Notes: a model not told the origin generated them from the letters alone. A DNA stretch of 48,856 nt, filler included, from Somniosus microcephalus (GCA_052327205.1; 2 parts of 2 records of this genome joined end to end with filler, not necessarily neighbours in it); one strand, 5' to 3'. Shown: positions 23,849 through 34,291, numbered from the whole stretch's first letter. Translations and numbers: made by a program.

Positions 23849-24230
23849 GAGGGAATGCGGCCAGCGTACCGAGGTCGGGAAAAGCAGGCCCTGGAAGGTC
23901 GGACACCGCGGGAGGCTCGGAGGTCAGACCAGGTGGAAGGAGAGCCAGGGAGAAGCAGGCCCCGGGACGTCGGTACCACGGCGGCTGAAGATTGTCGGGC
24001 AGGAGTGCGGGAAAGGCGGAGCGAGGCGAGAGCGGACCCTATTGTGATGGCGCTGATGAAGATGGCTGCCGTCCTTGCGGGCTCCGTGCGTACCAGGCAG
24101 CTAAGTGTCCTTTGCTGATTGGTGCGCTCGGCTCGTTAAGAAAAAAGCATTTCACTGACTGGATTTCACTTGTTGTAGTTGGTGATGTGACAAATAAAAC
24201 TGAAATTGAAATTGAAATTGAACTTCTTCC

Positions 24231-24267
24231 AGTTCTGACGAAAGGTCATCGACCTCAAACATTAACT
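24231..24267 (+). ncRNA. Degenerate minimal hammerhead ribozyme motif of a Penelope-like element
   Basis: AGTT-CTGACGA-A-AGGTC(ATC)GACCT-CAAAC-ATT-AACT: stems I and II are present but the GAAA core is mutated to CAAA. Confidence 0.55.
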
Positions 24268-24594
24268 CTGTTTCTCTCTCCACAGAAGCTGCCTGGCCTG
24301 CTGAGTATTTCCGACATTTTCTGTTTTTATTTCAGATTTCCAGTAGCTGCAGTATTTAGTTATTTTTTTGAGTGTGGAATGAAGTGAAGTGGATGGTTAG
24401 ACTGCCATTGGCTCACCTTCCAGAGTTAGGAGATTAAGTAGTGCTCTTCCCCAAGGTTACTCACGGTCAGTCACCTCCCTCAGGGAGGGCCCGTGACACA
24501 CCAACAATCTTTGATCAAACTGGCTTCTCATGTTCCTTGCTGCCCGAGTGAAGCTTACTATTCTTGGCATCAGGTAAAGAATGACTGAAGTGGT

Positions 24595-24740
24595 GAAAGA
24601 CTTCCTATAGTATCTTTCACAACCTCAGGACGTCCACTGAAGTATTTCTGAAGTGCAGTCACTGTAATCGAGGAAGCCCAGCAGCCAATTTGTGCACAGC
24701 AAGATCCCATAATTACGAGATAATCTGCTTTAGTGATGGT
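24595..24740 (-). mobile_element. Deu-domain SINE remnant with an L2-type tail
   Basis: TTTCACAACCTCAGGACGTCC..GCAGCCAATTTGTGCACAGCAAGATCCCA; reverse-complement relative of 16725-16880. Confidence 0.55.
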
Positions 24741-25373
24741 TGGGTTGGGCTGGGAGTGGTGTGGGAAGGAGAGGGTGTTGGTGTGTGTGGGGGGGGGAAG
24801 GGGAGTGGCGGCACGGGAGGGGGTGTCCGGCACTGGGGAAAGAATTCCCAAGTTACTGATGGTCTGAATTGCAGATGAGCTTTCTGGGTTGGTAAATAGG
24901 ATCACCGAGTGCACAAATGTTCAGTTTGAAAGGGTCGCTGGCCAGCAGGCTCTCCTCCCATGGTTACAGCCCATGTTTAAACACAAACTGTTTATGTCGA
25001 TCGTCACTGAAACCTGGTTACTCTGCACAATGCAATCAAATCCTACCACTCACAGGCTCGCTACGCACACGAGTCACAACATTGTAACTATGAGTAAACA
25101 CGCTGGAGATAGAATGAGGGATGGTGAGTGCGCCCTTGACATGTATTGTTAGAGAACCACACGCAACAGCACCGCAGCGCACCTCTTAGACAGGAGCACG
25201 GCGGTACAAGCAACTCTGCTCATTCTGAATGAACGTCATGCTGGTCACTGAGTAAGTGTGCAACACAGAGACACAACGCAGCCCTCACTCAAAACTCGCA
25301 GTAACCACTCGCAAACAAACCAGACCTGGGAGTACGAAAAAGATTGCTGAAAACACTCGTGCTCCAGGGAATG

Positions 25374-26057
25374 AGCAGGAGAGGGAAGACACAGGGGGAT
25401 TGGGCAGGAGAGGGAAGACACAGGGGGATTGGGCAGGAGAGGGAAGACACACGGGGATTGGGCAGGAGAGGGAAGACACAGGGGGATTGGGCAGGAGAGG
25501 GAAGACACACGGGGATTGGGCAGGAGAGGGAAGACACGGGGGGATTGGGCAGGAGAGGGAAGACACAGGGGGATTGGGCAGGAGAGGGAAGACACAGGGG
25601 GATTGGGCAGGAGAGGGAAGACACACGGGGATTGGGCAGGAGAGGGAAGACACAGGGGGATTGGGCAGGAGAGGGAAGACACACGGGGATTGGGCAGGAG
25701 AGGGAAGACACAGGGGGATTGGGCAGGAGAGGGAAGACACAGGGGGATTGGGCAGGAGAGGGAAGACACACAGGGGGGATTGGGCAGGAGAGGGAAGACA
25801 CACGGGGATTGGGCAGGAGAGGGAAGACACACAGGGGGGATTGGGCAGGAGAGGGAAGACACACGGGGATTGGGCAGGAGAGGGAAGACACAGGGGGATT
25901 GGGCAGGAGAGGGAAGACACACAGGGGGGATTGGGCAGGAGAGGGAAGACACAGGGGGATTGGGCAGGAGAGGGAAGACACACAGGGGGATTGGGCAGGA
26001 GAGGGAAGACACAGGGATTGGGCAGGAGCGGGAAGACACGGGGATTGGGCAGGAGAG
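25374..26057. repeat. 29-32-bp purine-rich minisatellite (~23 copies)
   Basis: Unit GGGCAGGAGAGGGAAGACACAGGGGGATT. Confidence 0.96.
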
Positions 26058-27014
26058 GCTGGTCACATCACATCAGAGCTTTGACTCTATGCAGTGTGAG
26101 ATCAGGGTTCATTGAGCAGAGTTACGGAGCAAGAACCCGGACACAATGTTCATCCACCCCTGGAAGGGCAATCCTCTACTTTGTGCCCTAAAAACTCCCA
26201 ACTGTTAGAATGAAGTCAGACTAGAGACACAAAGCTAACCTCAGGGATAAATGACAGGCTCCTCATACAGGAACGAACAGGAGCATTTCACCACCACCCA
26301 ACCCTGACACACTGGCATCAAACAATGGGAGTGAGCCCTCTGCCTCCAAACACAAACACGGTGACAACGCCCCGACACGCCACCCGCGCAACAATCCGAC
26401 ACGCCACCCGTGCAGAGCCCCACCTCCCGCCCTCTGATCCAACACCCACAATCAGTACTTGACCCTACAGCATTCATCCCCTCACTAAATACCCACAATC
26501 AGATTTGTTACTTTAGCAGTAAAACACATTACATTAAATCCAATCTGCTACTTCCGCACGGTGTGTCGAGTGATGAATAAATATTATTCGTGGGGAGCGG
26601 AGTGTCTCCCAGGACCAGTCAGTGTGGTATTCTACTAACCACAGATGCCAATTCAGCTTACACTGTTTAAAAGGTCAATTTATCTATGCATCAGCAGGAA
26701 GCACGGTCAGGCTAGGGGGGTAGTTGGCCTCCATTACAGTGAGGCTGCCTCATCTATTAAAGAGCCTGAGCCTGAATCTCCGAAGATCGGGCCGCACTGC
26801 ACCACTGTCGAGTTCTCCTGCTTCCTCCACATGCTGTCCTGTGCTGTCTCAGCTAGATTGATAATATGGCACCAGCTATGATCAGAGTCTAGCTGTGCGT
26901 CCGTGCCCACTCGGTCCTTGGCCCAGACTGAACACACACAACCCTTGCAGCCAGAGGGACTTCATTCTAATCGGGATTGAATTGAAGCCCAGGCTCCAGA
27001 GGCAAAAGGACCAG

Positions 27015-27685
27015 CGCCTCCCCCAACCCTCTTCCCCCACCCCCTCTCCCCCCATAATCCTCTCCCCCAACCCTGCGCCTCACCCAACGCTCTCCCCCAA
27101 CCCTGCGCCTCCCCCAATCCTCTCCCCCAACCCTGCGCCTCACCCAACCCTCTCCCCCAACCCCAACCCTGCGCCTCACCCAACGCTTTCCCCCAACTCT
27201 GCGCCTCCCCCAATCCTCTCCCCCAACCCTGCGCCTCCCCCAATCCTCTCCCCCAACCCTGCGCCTCCCCAACCCTCTCCCCCAACCCTGCGCCTCCCCT
27301 AATCCTCTCCCCCAACCCTCTCCCCCAACCCTGCACCTCCCCCATCCTCTCCCCCAACCCTGTGCCTCCCCTAATCCTCTCCCCAACCCTGTGCCTCACC
27401 CAATCTTTTTCCACAACCCTCTCCCCAACCCTGCGCCTCCCCCAATCTTTTTCCACAACCCTCTCCCCAACCCTGTGCCTCCCCCAATCCTCTCCCCAAC
27501 CCTGTTCCTCACCCAATCTATTCCCACAACCCTCTCCCCAACCCTGCGCCTCCCCCAATCCTCTCCCCAACCCTGCGCCTCCCCCAACCCTCTCCCCAAC
27601 CCTGCGCCTCCCCCAACCCTCTCCCCAACCCTGCGCCTCCCCTAATCCTCTCCCCAACCCTGCGCCTCACCCAATCTTTTCCCAC
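27015..27685. repeat. ~29-30-bp C-rich minisatellite
   Basis: Unit CTCTCCCCCAACCCTGCGCCTCCCCCAATC. Confidence 0.93.
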
Positions 27686-27819
27686 AGACCCTTATCCCTC
27701 GGAACAGGCATCTCAACCATTTCAAAAACATGGAATCACATTCACCAACTTCCAGCCATCTGATACCTCCCTCCCTCTCCTGTTGGGGCTGTTTTCATTT
27801 GGACAGGCCAAATTAAGGG

Positions 27820-28275
27820 GTAATTTGAAAGTGGGGTTTAAAATTGTGGGGTCATGTACTGATCGAGGACGCTAGAACAAGGAGACCAGATAAAAGGTTA
27901 AAGGCAAAAGATTTCAGACAGAGCACAAGACCTTTTTTTGTACACCCAGTGATCTGAGGCTGTGAATGCTCTACCAGAAACAGACAGTGGCAACATTTCA
28001 GAATAAGTTAGGTAGGTGATTGAAGGAAGGGGGTGAAGGGATATGGACACAGGGCGGGCACATGGGATTAGGACCAACACTCCCACTAAACTGTGCAGGC
28101 CGCTCACCAGCTGTTCCGCTGAAAAAGATTCTATGCATGTGCGGCCACAAAGGGACCGCGCACCACAAATAAAAATTAGAGGGAACATTGATTATGACTC
28201 CTGCTCACGTGGACATAAATACCAACAGGGATGGTTGGGCAGAACGGCCTGTTTTTTTTTACACCATTCTATGTA
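27820..28275 (+). mobile_element. Old CR1 LINE 3' remnant(s)
   Basis: Degenerate ..TTTAAAATTGTG..ACCCAG..TGTGAATGCTCTACCAG..; ends TTGGGCAGAACGGCCTG..ATTCTATG. Confidence 0.55.
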
Positions 28276-28678
28276 AATCCTCTCACCCATCCTCAAGCAA
28301 TCCAAGGCTGTTTGCACACCTACACCCAATATTTCAAGCCTCCTCTTTCGGTGCTCTCCTTCACCTCCCATCTTGTATCTTTACACTTTGCTGGTCCTTT
28401 TCTGGATCACCATTTCATTGCTGAGCAGCGTTTTCCCAAGAGATCCGACCTCCTCTCCACTGGCACTGCCACCGTCGGCACTGGAGATGTGGAAAGGCAT
28501 TTGAAACCTCACGGTCTACAAAACCTTCAGCTCCGTCACCCTTAGCAACCCTGATGACTTCACTTTGACAAACTTCCTCCAGTATTGGACCTGATCCAAC
28601 ACCCAATGGTGTTTGCGTTTCTGTCTTTTCTCCTCTCCTCCTCCAGCTCCACCTTGGTTCTCTCTGATTTTTCCAATT

Positions 28679-28958
28679 TAGTGTTGCCAACTCGGATTGG
28701 ATCGATTCCTGGAGATTTCATTGCAGGACCTCCCGCCTCCCACTTCCCTGCCCAATCAAACACCCTCTTGCCCATTATCATTATTTTTATAACTAAATAA
28801 ACAAAAGCGTTCAAAGAAAATTTTTTTAAATCCACACACACAATTGTTTTTTTATCGCCTCTATGATTTTTCTCCCGGGTTTGGTGGCAGCAGTGTCTGG
28901 GAGATTAACCTTTAATTCCTGGAGACTCCAGGGCAATCCTGGCGGCTTGGCAACCCTA
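28679..28958. mobile_element. hAT-type MITE
   Basis: TIRs TAGTGTTGCCAA / TTGGCAACCCTA; perfect 8-bp TSD TTCCAATT at 28671-28678 and 28959-28966. Confidence 0.9.
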
Positions 28959-28986
28959 TTCCAATTATCTTTCTTTAACTATCTTA

Positions 28987-29103
28987 GTCATCGGCCTGAA
29001 GCGTTAACTCTTTCTCTCTCCACAGATGTTGCCTGGCCTGTCGAGGATTTCCAGCATTTTCAGTTTTTATTTCAGAGTTCTAGCAGCCGCAGTATTTGGT
29101 TTG
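28987..29103 (+). mobile_element. Penelope-like 3' terminal fragment
   Basis: Homologous to 24245-24360 (GTCATCG..GTTAACTC..CTCTCTCCACAGA..CCTGGCCTG..TTTTTATTTCAGA..GCAGTATT). Confidence 0.75.
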
Positions 29104-29237
29104 TGTGTTGAAAAGCAGCTTCCTCTATACTTACTCCAGCCGCCTGAGTTAAATCATTTCAATCTCCTAACCCTGCAGAGTGCAGGCCATCATACAGTCA
29201 CACAGACACAGAAGGCAACAACATACAGAGACAGAGA

Positions 29238-29371
29238 CTGAGCGAGCGGGAGAGCGCGCCAGGCGGAGCGGGAGAGCGCGCCAGACGGAGCGGGAGAGTG
29301 CGCGCCAGATGGAGCGGGAGAGCGCGCCAGACGGAGCGAGAGAGTGCGCCAGATGGAGCGAGAGAGAGCCA
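29238..29371. repeat. ~20-24-bp tandem repeat, truncated by the gap
   Basis: GAGCGGGAGAGCGCGCCAGACG units. Confidence 0.85.
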
Positions 29372-29471
29372 NNNNNNNNNNNNNNNNNNNNNNNNNNNNN
29401 NNNNNNNNNNNNNNNTTAATTAATTAANNNNNNNNNNNNNNNNNNNNNNNNNNNNNNNNNNNNNNNNNNNN
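29372..29471. other. Artificial 100-bp gap/spacer
   Basis: 44 N + TTAATTAATTAA (stop codons in all six frames) + 44 N. Confidence 0.95.
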
Positions 29472-30054
29472 ATCACCCAAATCAGGGAAACTGATGAAAA
29501 CTTCTGCGTTTCCACAGTGATTACGATAGACCCAAAGGGATTAGGTGTAACGGCGGGGGGGGGGGGGGGGGGTTTAACAGCGTATTGACTGATAAACAAA
29601 GGTTAAGGGCCTGGAAAACGAATTTTAATTTTGTGCAGTGTGAAATTTGTACATTTTAATAAAAATTTAGTTTTTAAGAAACTCTTCAAAAAAAATTTTT
29701 GGGAATTTTTTAAAAAGTTTGTCCATCTTTATTTCAGGTTTGCCTTTTCCCCATGTGAGAGCCCCGATCTTTGCTTTGCTCTCTCTAACATTTTTTAAAA
29801 GTTAGAATTTTAAGAGCTTACTCACTTCCTTGTTCGCTGTCTGTGAGAAATCTGCGTTTTGATTGGCTGCTCAGACAGCCTTTTGACGTCACAACAGTTC
29901 GCACAAGGGCATTCCCACTATACTCCGTTGATTTGAATTGAAGGTCGGAAAACCCGAAGTTCTCGACACAGGGATCACAAGATCCTTGTACAAAGCGTAC
30001 TTTGGGGACAGCAGTGAACACCGTCGCTTTGCTGCTGACCGCAAATTCCGGGCC
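29472..30054. mobile_element. Harbinger-like non-autonomous element, right end only
   Basis: Ends GCAAATTCCGGGCC, like the other GGCC/GGGC-terminated TIRs; the left end is lost in the gap. Confidence 0.5.
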
Positions 30055-30057
30055 AAT

Positions 30058-30816
30058 GGCCCAAAAATTCGGGTCGGGGGCTTCTCACGGGTGTAAGCCC
30101 CCGACCTGCACTTACCTTGCGCGCCGGCCGTTGAGCTGTGGGCCCGCGTGGAATTGCGATCCGGGGCCTGGTCCAGCTGCCGGCGCGCAGTGCTTGTGTA
30201 TGCCAGGGGCGCAGTAAGTTCGATGCGTCCCCTGGGATCACGTGGGCCATGGGGAGACAATCGGAGCAGGGAAATGCCCATTCATAAGATTGACAGGAAG
30301 AGCTGTCAAAACTTATAAATACTACGGCCCCAAAACAGCACTTCAAATTTAAAAAAAATTTAAATCACATTTTTTAAATAAACTATAAATTACATGAAAT
30401 AACTATTTTAAACAATAATTTAAATTTTTGAAAAAAATAATTTTATGTTCTAACGGGGCTAAAAATAAACTTACCTTTCTTTAAAGTATTTAAAAATAAT
30501 AAACCTGTGGAAAAAATGTTTTAATTTTAATTAATTCACCACTTACCTTGTAAAAAGCAGGCCTTGCGACTGCTTTTTATATGTGTAACTTCTGGAGACT
30601 TACCCTCCCGGGAAAACCTGCAAAAAAAAACAAAGTTCGATGCGCACGCGCAGCCTCTCCTGCGCATGCGTTCGACCTCTGAACCCCTTCTTTCAGGGGA
30701 ACGGAAGTGCCGGTTTCCCGCGCATGCGCAGTGCATGCAGGAAACCGGCACTTCCATTGAGCTTACGGGTGAGTACCCCGTGCGTACTCACCCGCGGAGA
30801 CCCGAATTTCTGGGCC
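30058..30816. mobile_element. Harbinger/PIF-like MITE, family A
   Basis: TIRs GGCCCAAAAATTCGGGTC / GACCCGAATTTCTGGGCC; flanks AAT/ATT; internal homology to 45320-46031. Confidence 0.8.
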
Positions 30817-32574
30817 ATTATAATACAAATCTATATATCTGTATTGTGTTGATACTCTTCTTTGGAAACAATACAGTAGAACACCTTGATCAAAGTAGCC
30901 CTGGTAACCCAAAGAGCTAACGTTTTCTTGAGTTCTTGTTGGTTGGGGGGCGGCACAAGTATCTTCAAATTAGGCAAGTCATATTAGCCCTTGGTACAGA
31001 CTCCAGCTTAGCGCACTGCATTTTGTAATTCACATAGACTGAAATCTGTTTAAGGCAGTACCACGGGAGTCTGATGGGTCATGGTTCATCATCTTATGAT
31101 ACCCTAATACAATGACTGATGCATTGGAATATAATAGCTTCTCTACACCATGGGAAAATATCCTGAAATAAAGTCGAAAATTATGTCAAAATCTAGAAAT
31201 GGAGCCTATGCTCAAAAGAGCGCAGCATAAGATTTCATGAGAGTCAATAATTAGAAATGACCTACTCATTTATTAACCAACACCAGGTTTTATATATTCC
31301 AAGAAAGGTTTCCCATACTTCATTTATAAAATATTACATCTCACATTTTATTATTTAATATCTATTCCTGCGTTGAGAAATATTAAAAAATTTACCATTT
31401 TCATGACTTCTATAAATATTTCCGATTATTAAAAATATTTATATTTTTACAGTAATCCATTACTGATTATTCTGTTTCTAAATCAACTAAAGTACACAGA
31501 CATTAATACTGCATTGATTTTGAAGAGATGAAATTGACACGAGAAAAAGAACACAGAAATTGGATCGCGTTCTAATGAGACTGGCGGCAGGAACACAGCA
31601 AATTGGATCGGCCAGCCCCATGGTTCTAGTGCTGGGGAGAAGAGGGCAACAGTCACCACCCCAGAGGCAGCTTGCTGGTCATGGAGGTGCAGCAAGATCG
31701 ATTAGCTGGGATGCTCCACATTAAGGTATTTTTTTTAAACTGAGCTTTTTTGGTGGCGCCCTCCAGTGCTCCCTTTAAGGACTGCTGGTTAGACAGCATG
31801 TGGATCAGGTCGACCTGAATGCAGCATGCCTGATGAGCAGGGCAAACCAATTTTCGTTTTGGGTACTAAAACAGGCAATAGCATATTCAAGAGATCCAAC
31901 GTCTGTTTTAGGCAGCTGACAGGCTCGCCTCCAGTGCACCCGGACCAATATGGCCTCGGACGTGCTTCTGTCGCTGTTGCGGCATGGAAGGTTTGCCCCC
32001 TAAATTGGAAAATGGGCACAGCAAGATGCAATTCACACCCCTGAGTCTTTGAGTTGGAAACCTAAGCTTGAATCCCAGTGACATTTGCACTTTGGCTTCC
32101 CCTAGTGAGTGACATTCACCAGTCTTGGCCTGGCCATCTGTGGAATGGAGGGAAAGCGGTTTGCTGAAGTTGAGGGAAGACATTCTTTTTTTAAACAGTT
32201 ACAGATCGATGTAGTGGCAAATATTTGCTCCACTCATCGTGTTGAAAATGTGCTTTTGAAATATAGGCACGGACCCCAGGATGATTTGGTCATTTACAAT
32301 TTTAGAACTTGGGCTACAACATGTTTTAGAAGGCTACATATACGATGACTTATAACTGAGTCTGACTACCACAATACACTTACCATGGGTAAGTAGAACA
32401 CAGGGTTACGTCCATGATCCCCACCCATACATTCCTGATCTGAGTTGGGAGTCAGAGAGTAAACGCTGAATGAAAATTGGTAGGCAAGGCTACCCAGGTC
32501 TTTCTCATCCACTTCCCAGCAGCTAATTACACAGCAATACCTGCAGAGGACTGGGAGCTGATCTTAATTATAGG

Positions 32575-34291
32575 GGAATTATAAACCGGTAAGTCTAACA
32601 TCAGTAGTGGGGAAAATGCTAGAGACCATTATAAAAGATGTAATAACAGAGCACTTGGAAAACAGTGACAGGATCGGACAAAGTTGACATGGATTTACAA
32701 AAGGTAAATCATGCTTGACTAATCTACTGGAATTTTTTGAGGATGTAACTGGTAGAATAGATAAGGGAGAACCAGTGAATGTGGTGTATTTGGACTTTCA
32801 GAAGGCTTTCGATAAGGTCCCGCATAAGAGACTAGCGTGCAAAGTTAAAGCACATGGGATTGGGGGTAAGGTACTGACTTGGATAGAGAACTGGTTGGCA
32901 GACAGGAAGCAAAGAGTTGGAATAAACGGGTCTTTTTCCGAGTGGAAGGCAGTGACTAGTGGGGTACCGCAGGGATCGGTGCTAGGACCCCAGTTATTCA
33001 CAATATATATTAATGATCTAGATGAGGGAACTAGATGTAATATCTCCAAGTTTTCAGATGACACAATGCTGGGTGGGCGTGTGTGCTGTGAGGAGGATGC
33101 AGAGAGGGGGCACGGTGGCATAGTGGTTGGCATAGTGGTTAGCACTGTTGCCTCACAACGCCAGGGACCCGGGTTCAAATCTGGCCTCGGGCGACTGTCT
33201 GTGTGGAGTTTGCACATTCTCCCCGTGTCTGCGTGGGTTTCCTCCGGGTGCTCCGGTTTCCTCTCACAGTCCAAAGATGTGCGGGTTAGGTTGATTTGGC
33301 TATGATAAATTGACCCTTAGTGTTAGGGGATTAAATACGTGGGGTTACGGGGATAGGGTGGGATATGTGTCGGTGCAGGCTCGATGGGCCGAAATGGCCT
33401 CTATCTGCACTGTGGGGATTCTGTGATTCTGTGAAACTCCAGTACGATTTGGACAGGTTGGGCGATTGGGCAGATGCATGGCAGATGCAGTATAATGTGG
33501 ATAAATGCGAGGTTATCCACTTTGGTGGCAAAAACAGGAAGGCAGATTATCATCTGAACGGCAATAGATTGGGAAAAGGGGAAGTGCAATGAGACCTGGG
33601 TGTCCTTGTGCACCAGTCGCTGAAGGTAAGCATGCAGGTGCAGCAGGCGGTTAAGAAGGCAAATGGTATGCTGGCCTTCATAGCGAGAGGATTCGAGTAC
33701 AGGAGCAAGGATGTCTTGCTGCAGTTGTACAGGGACTTGGTGAGACCACACCTTGAGTATTGTGTGCAGTTTTGGTCGCCTTATCTGAGGAAGGATGTTC
33801 TTGCCATGGAGGGAGTGCAGCGAAGATTCACCAGACTGATACCTGGGATGGCAGGAATGACATATGAAGAGAGATTGGGTCGATTAGGCTTATATTCGCT
33901 AGAGTTTAGAAGAATGAGAGGGGATCTCATTGAAACTTATACAATTCTAACAGGACTAGACAGACTAGATGCAGGAAGGATGTTCCCGATGGCGGGGCAG
34001 TCCAGAACCAGGGGTCACAGTCTAAGGATAAGGGGTAAGCCATTTAGGACTGAGATGAGGAGGAATTTCTTCACCCAGAGAGTGGTGAACCTGTGGAATT
34101 CTCTACCACACAAGGCAGTTGAGGCCAATTCATTAAATGTATTCAAGAAGGAGTTAGATATATTTCTTAAGGCTAAAGGGATCAAGGGATATGGGGAGAA
34201 AGCAGGGACAGGGTACTGAGTTTGGATGATCAGCCATGATCTCATTAAATGGCGGAACAGGCTCGAGGGGCCGAATGGCCTACTCCTGCTC
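32575..34291 (+). mobile_element. HER1/CR1 LINE, 5'-truncated, interrupted by a SINE
   Basis: Highly similar to 17705-19034; RT motifs; same TCTATGTTTCTATG tail. Confidence 0.95.
33102..33433 (+). mobile_element. HE1-type V-SINE, full length
   Basis: tRNA-derived head (A box TGGCATAGTGG, B box GGTTCAAATC), V-domain, CR1-like tail GATGGGCCGAAATGGCC..GATTCTGTGATTCTGTG. Confidence 0.93.

Larger units (their letters stand above)
19872..24222 (+). mobile_element. Composite retroposed insertion: VNTR + JKAMP 5' cDNA + GC-rich body + LINE-type tail
   Basis: Interrupts the Penelope 3' region between ..TTTGTTAAATC and AACTTCTTCCAGTTCTGACGA; intronless JKAMP segment; ends GTGACAAATAAAAC(TGAAAT)3TGAA. 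Confidence 0.72.
17538..24360 (+). mobile_element. Penelope-like element, degenerate and interrupted twice (pieces 17538-17704, 19035-19871, 24221-24360)
   Basis: RVPLVLTFHPTSLHIQRIILRHF linker; GIY-YIG-like FTC..NLVYGIRC..GETKRRL; EKQQLIFRFGTLQPSGLNIKFSDF; 3' part carries a hammerhead relic. The sequence reads continuously when the inserts are removed. Confidence 0.82.

Noticed and set aside
25245-27763. 200-310-aa ORFs over the 29-30-bp arrays
   Set aside because: Repeat-derived ORFs that cycle through all frames
31751-31770. CTCF-like motif GCACTGGAGGGCGCC (another at ~41501-41515)
   Set aside because: Imperfect matches within probable transposon relics; not supportable without ChIP data
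33109-33190. tRNA gene
   Set aside because: It is the tRNA-derived head of a SINE, continuing into the V-domain and LINE tail; likewise at 39323
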